From the NCBI GenBank assembly GCA_030295235.1, contig AP026126.1:62001-126000 (forward strand): 64,000 nt of DNA, in the 5' to 3' direction. The notes below the pieces were generated by a model. The model saw nothing but the letters and a program-made list of their open reading frames with translations, was not told where the DNA came from and ran no database searches. Numbering within the stretch: the first letter of the stretch is position 1; each line of letters opens with the position of its first letter. Shown piece after piece: positions 62,101 to 64,000 of the stretch. The stretch comes from Fistulifera solaris (Eukaryota). The translations under genes were made by a program, and so were the position numbers.

Positions 62101-64000
62101 GAGCTTTTTGTATGCTGTCAGGAGACTGGCACTTGTCTTAGTGGGATATGGTTGTGCCCAGATAGAATTACTGTCGTAATCATAAAGCACCATGAGATAA
62201 TTATTGCCGGTTGTAGAAGGCGTGATGAATTTTCCAGTTTGGTCGGTATAGATCTGACCGGTAGGTTCGATGGCGTTGACATAGCAGTAATGTGTACGAG
62301 CCGTAAGCTGTGGTGGTTGGTGATCCTCGGCTGCATCATTGTCGGGAAACAAGATTGCATCCGATGCAGGATGGGGTTGCAGTTTGGTAGACTTCAGGTT
62401 TTTACGAATTTGATCCATGTGCCCCTTGTGCATGGCTAAACTGCGTGGTGGGTATTTGCGGAGGCTGCTTAGTGTTAGGCCAGGAAAATTAGTGAGGAAG
62501 CCACGTGCAGCCTCCAACGTTGATAATGCTGGCAAAAATAAGGAAGCATGTGCAAAAGCGACCAGTTCGGCGGTGGCAGAAGCACCAATCGCACGGGCTG
62601 CGATGGGATGTGGCAGAGGGCATGGTGGCGGCCATGGTGCAGGTGTTACTGGGACATGGGGTACCGGGACATGCCAAAGGCCGGTACAGTGATCGCGGTG
62701 ACCAGTGAGCACAATATTGGAGAGACTGTCGTGAACTGTCATGGTTGTGGCGTCAAACCGCACAGTATAGCCCGCATCGCAAAGTTGGCCAATGGAAAGA
62801 AGTGAGCACTGGTGGAGTTCAGGGAAAATGTGAACATGCCATGCAGCAGGGGCCAAGCCAGGGAAGTCTAACACGCCTTCATGTGTGGAGGTAAGGGTCG
62901 AACCATCTGGAATGGTGATGTGCAGAGGTTTGGTAGTAGGGACAATATTCAGGACGGGAAAATTGCTGCTGACGTAATTGCCGGTACTACCTGAGTCAGC
63001 AATGAGATGAGAGGGGGACCTGGGCTAACATTAGAATCAGATGGCGGAGAAGTTAACAGGTTGTTAAACTTAACATCGTGCTGTAGAATGAGCTCAGGCT
63101 CCCCTCGTCCCTATTCTGCAAGATTAGGTGCAGCTGCTGAATTGGCCGAAGAGGTGTGGCGACGTCCATTACTGTTTGTCTTGCCAGATTTTCCAAATCT
63201 CAACTTTTGCTGCCTCCTTTGCGGTTGGTGGCTGTAGCATCAATGTGGTGGCCTAGCTCGGGGTTCTTGCATGTGTTGCCATTGTGAGTCACAGTAGAGG
63301 AGGGTGGGTTGTTTGCTGCTGCTGCAATAGGATGGGCAAAAGTGGTGACCATGTGTGCGCCATGGTAGCCTGCCGCCCTGAGCAGTGAGGTTATGTTTGC
63401 GATCATTATCAGCTCGTGTGAAATGATCCTTAAAATTAGCCCACGTCTGCTCGGCTGCCGGTTTATCGCGCCAGGTCTGCAAATAGTAGTGGAAGACTCC
63501 AGATTTTGCCAACGCTTCCTGAGTTTTGAGGATGACCGTGGCATCCTGAATGGTAGGATCAATGGCCTTAATTTTTGCAATGTGGGCCCATAAATGCTCG
63601 ATAGGATTAGATGGATCCCATTGATTGGCAAGCTGATCACGATTGTTTTCGTAATCCAATGCCGTCATTTGCCCGTAATTGGTCTCCAAATATGCCAGGA
63701 AATCGCGAATGCTCACAAGATTGTATTCATGGAGGGGGTCAAGAAGTTCCTCGCGGTAGATGGGTGCCACTGCAGCCAAAATTTGTCTTGTATAAGATGG
63801 CAATGAGGGCCGTGTATGTTTCAAATTCGGCCACGGCGGCATCATAGGCTTGTCGCGTGGCTGTAATAACATACTGTGTGTCGCCCTGTTGGGGCACAGG
63901 TGGCGGTCCTGGGCTAGGCGGTGGAATGAAGTGCTGATTGGTTAATGCAAAATATTCGTTGTCGGGCATGACAGCTCAAATGACCATGTGCCCCGCCACC
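59013..64000 (-). mobile_element. Ty1/Copia LTR retrotransposon (diatom CoDi-like), degenerate; 5' end outside window
   Basis: Copia domain order: gag (63969-63200), protease LIADSGSTGNY (about 62980-63010), integrase (IYTDQTGKF, RLDNEAS, HRRNAAERAIRTF), RT (DLKDFYL, GMYGLPQAG, LVVDDF), RNase H (SDASYLSE, SAAEAE, TDNSTA, ADYFTK); many frameshifts and a stop codon. Confidence 0.95.

Overview
Eukaryotic, gene-dense DNA with short (about 70-140 nt) GT-AG introns. It is most consistent with a pennate diatom: bipartite plastid-targeting leaders, silaffin-like K/S/G-rich segments, RXL motifs and a diatom-type Copia element (inference, no database search run). Left to right: a 5'-truncated pyruvate:NADP+ oxidoreductase (PFOR fused to flavodoxin/FNR), a divergent GFAT with an organelle-type leader, and a 25-kb minus-strand array of eight secreted leishmanolysin-like (M8/metzincin) proteases interrupted by a plastid RecA. 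Then come a plastid GDT1/UPF0016 transporter, a lipoate-protein ligase, Cdc14, a small TIR element, a duplicated unknown-function gene (one copy pseudogenised), a MutY lacking the canonical 4Fe-4S motif, a duplicated family of Cys-rich surface proteins, and a decayed Ty1/Copia element whose 3' LTR lies 37 bp upstream of one of those genes. The protease array is the most striking system. In the six copies left of RecA the whole zinc-binding HExxH helix is its own 21-nt, phase-0/0 micro-exon, so skipping it would give an in-frame catalytically dead protein. The terminal copy has lost two zinc ligands. Most copies fuse the protease to silaffin-like KxxK and mucin-like stalks. Many single-base frameshifts fall in homopolymers and look like long-read assembly errors rather than pseudogenes.
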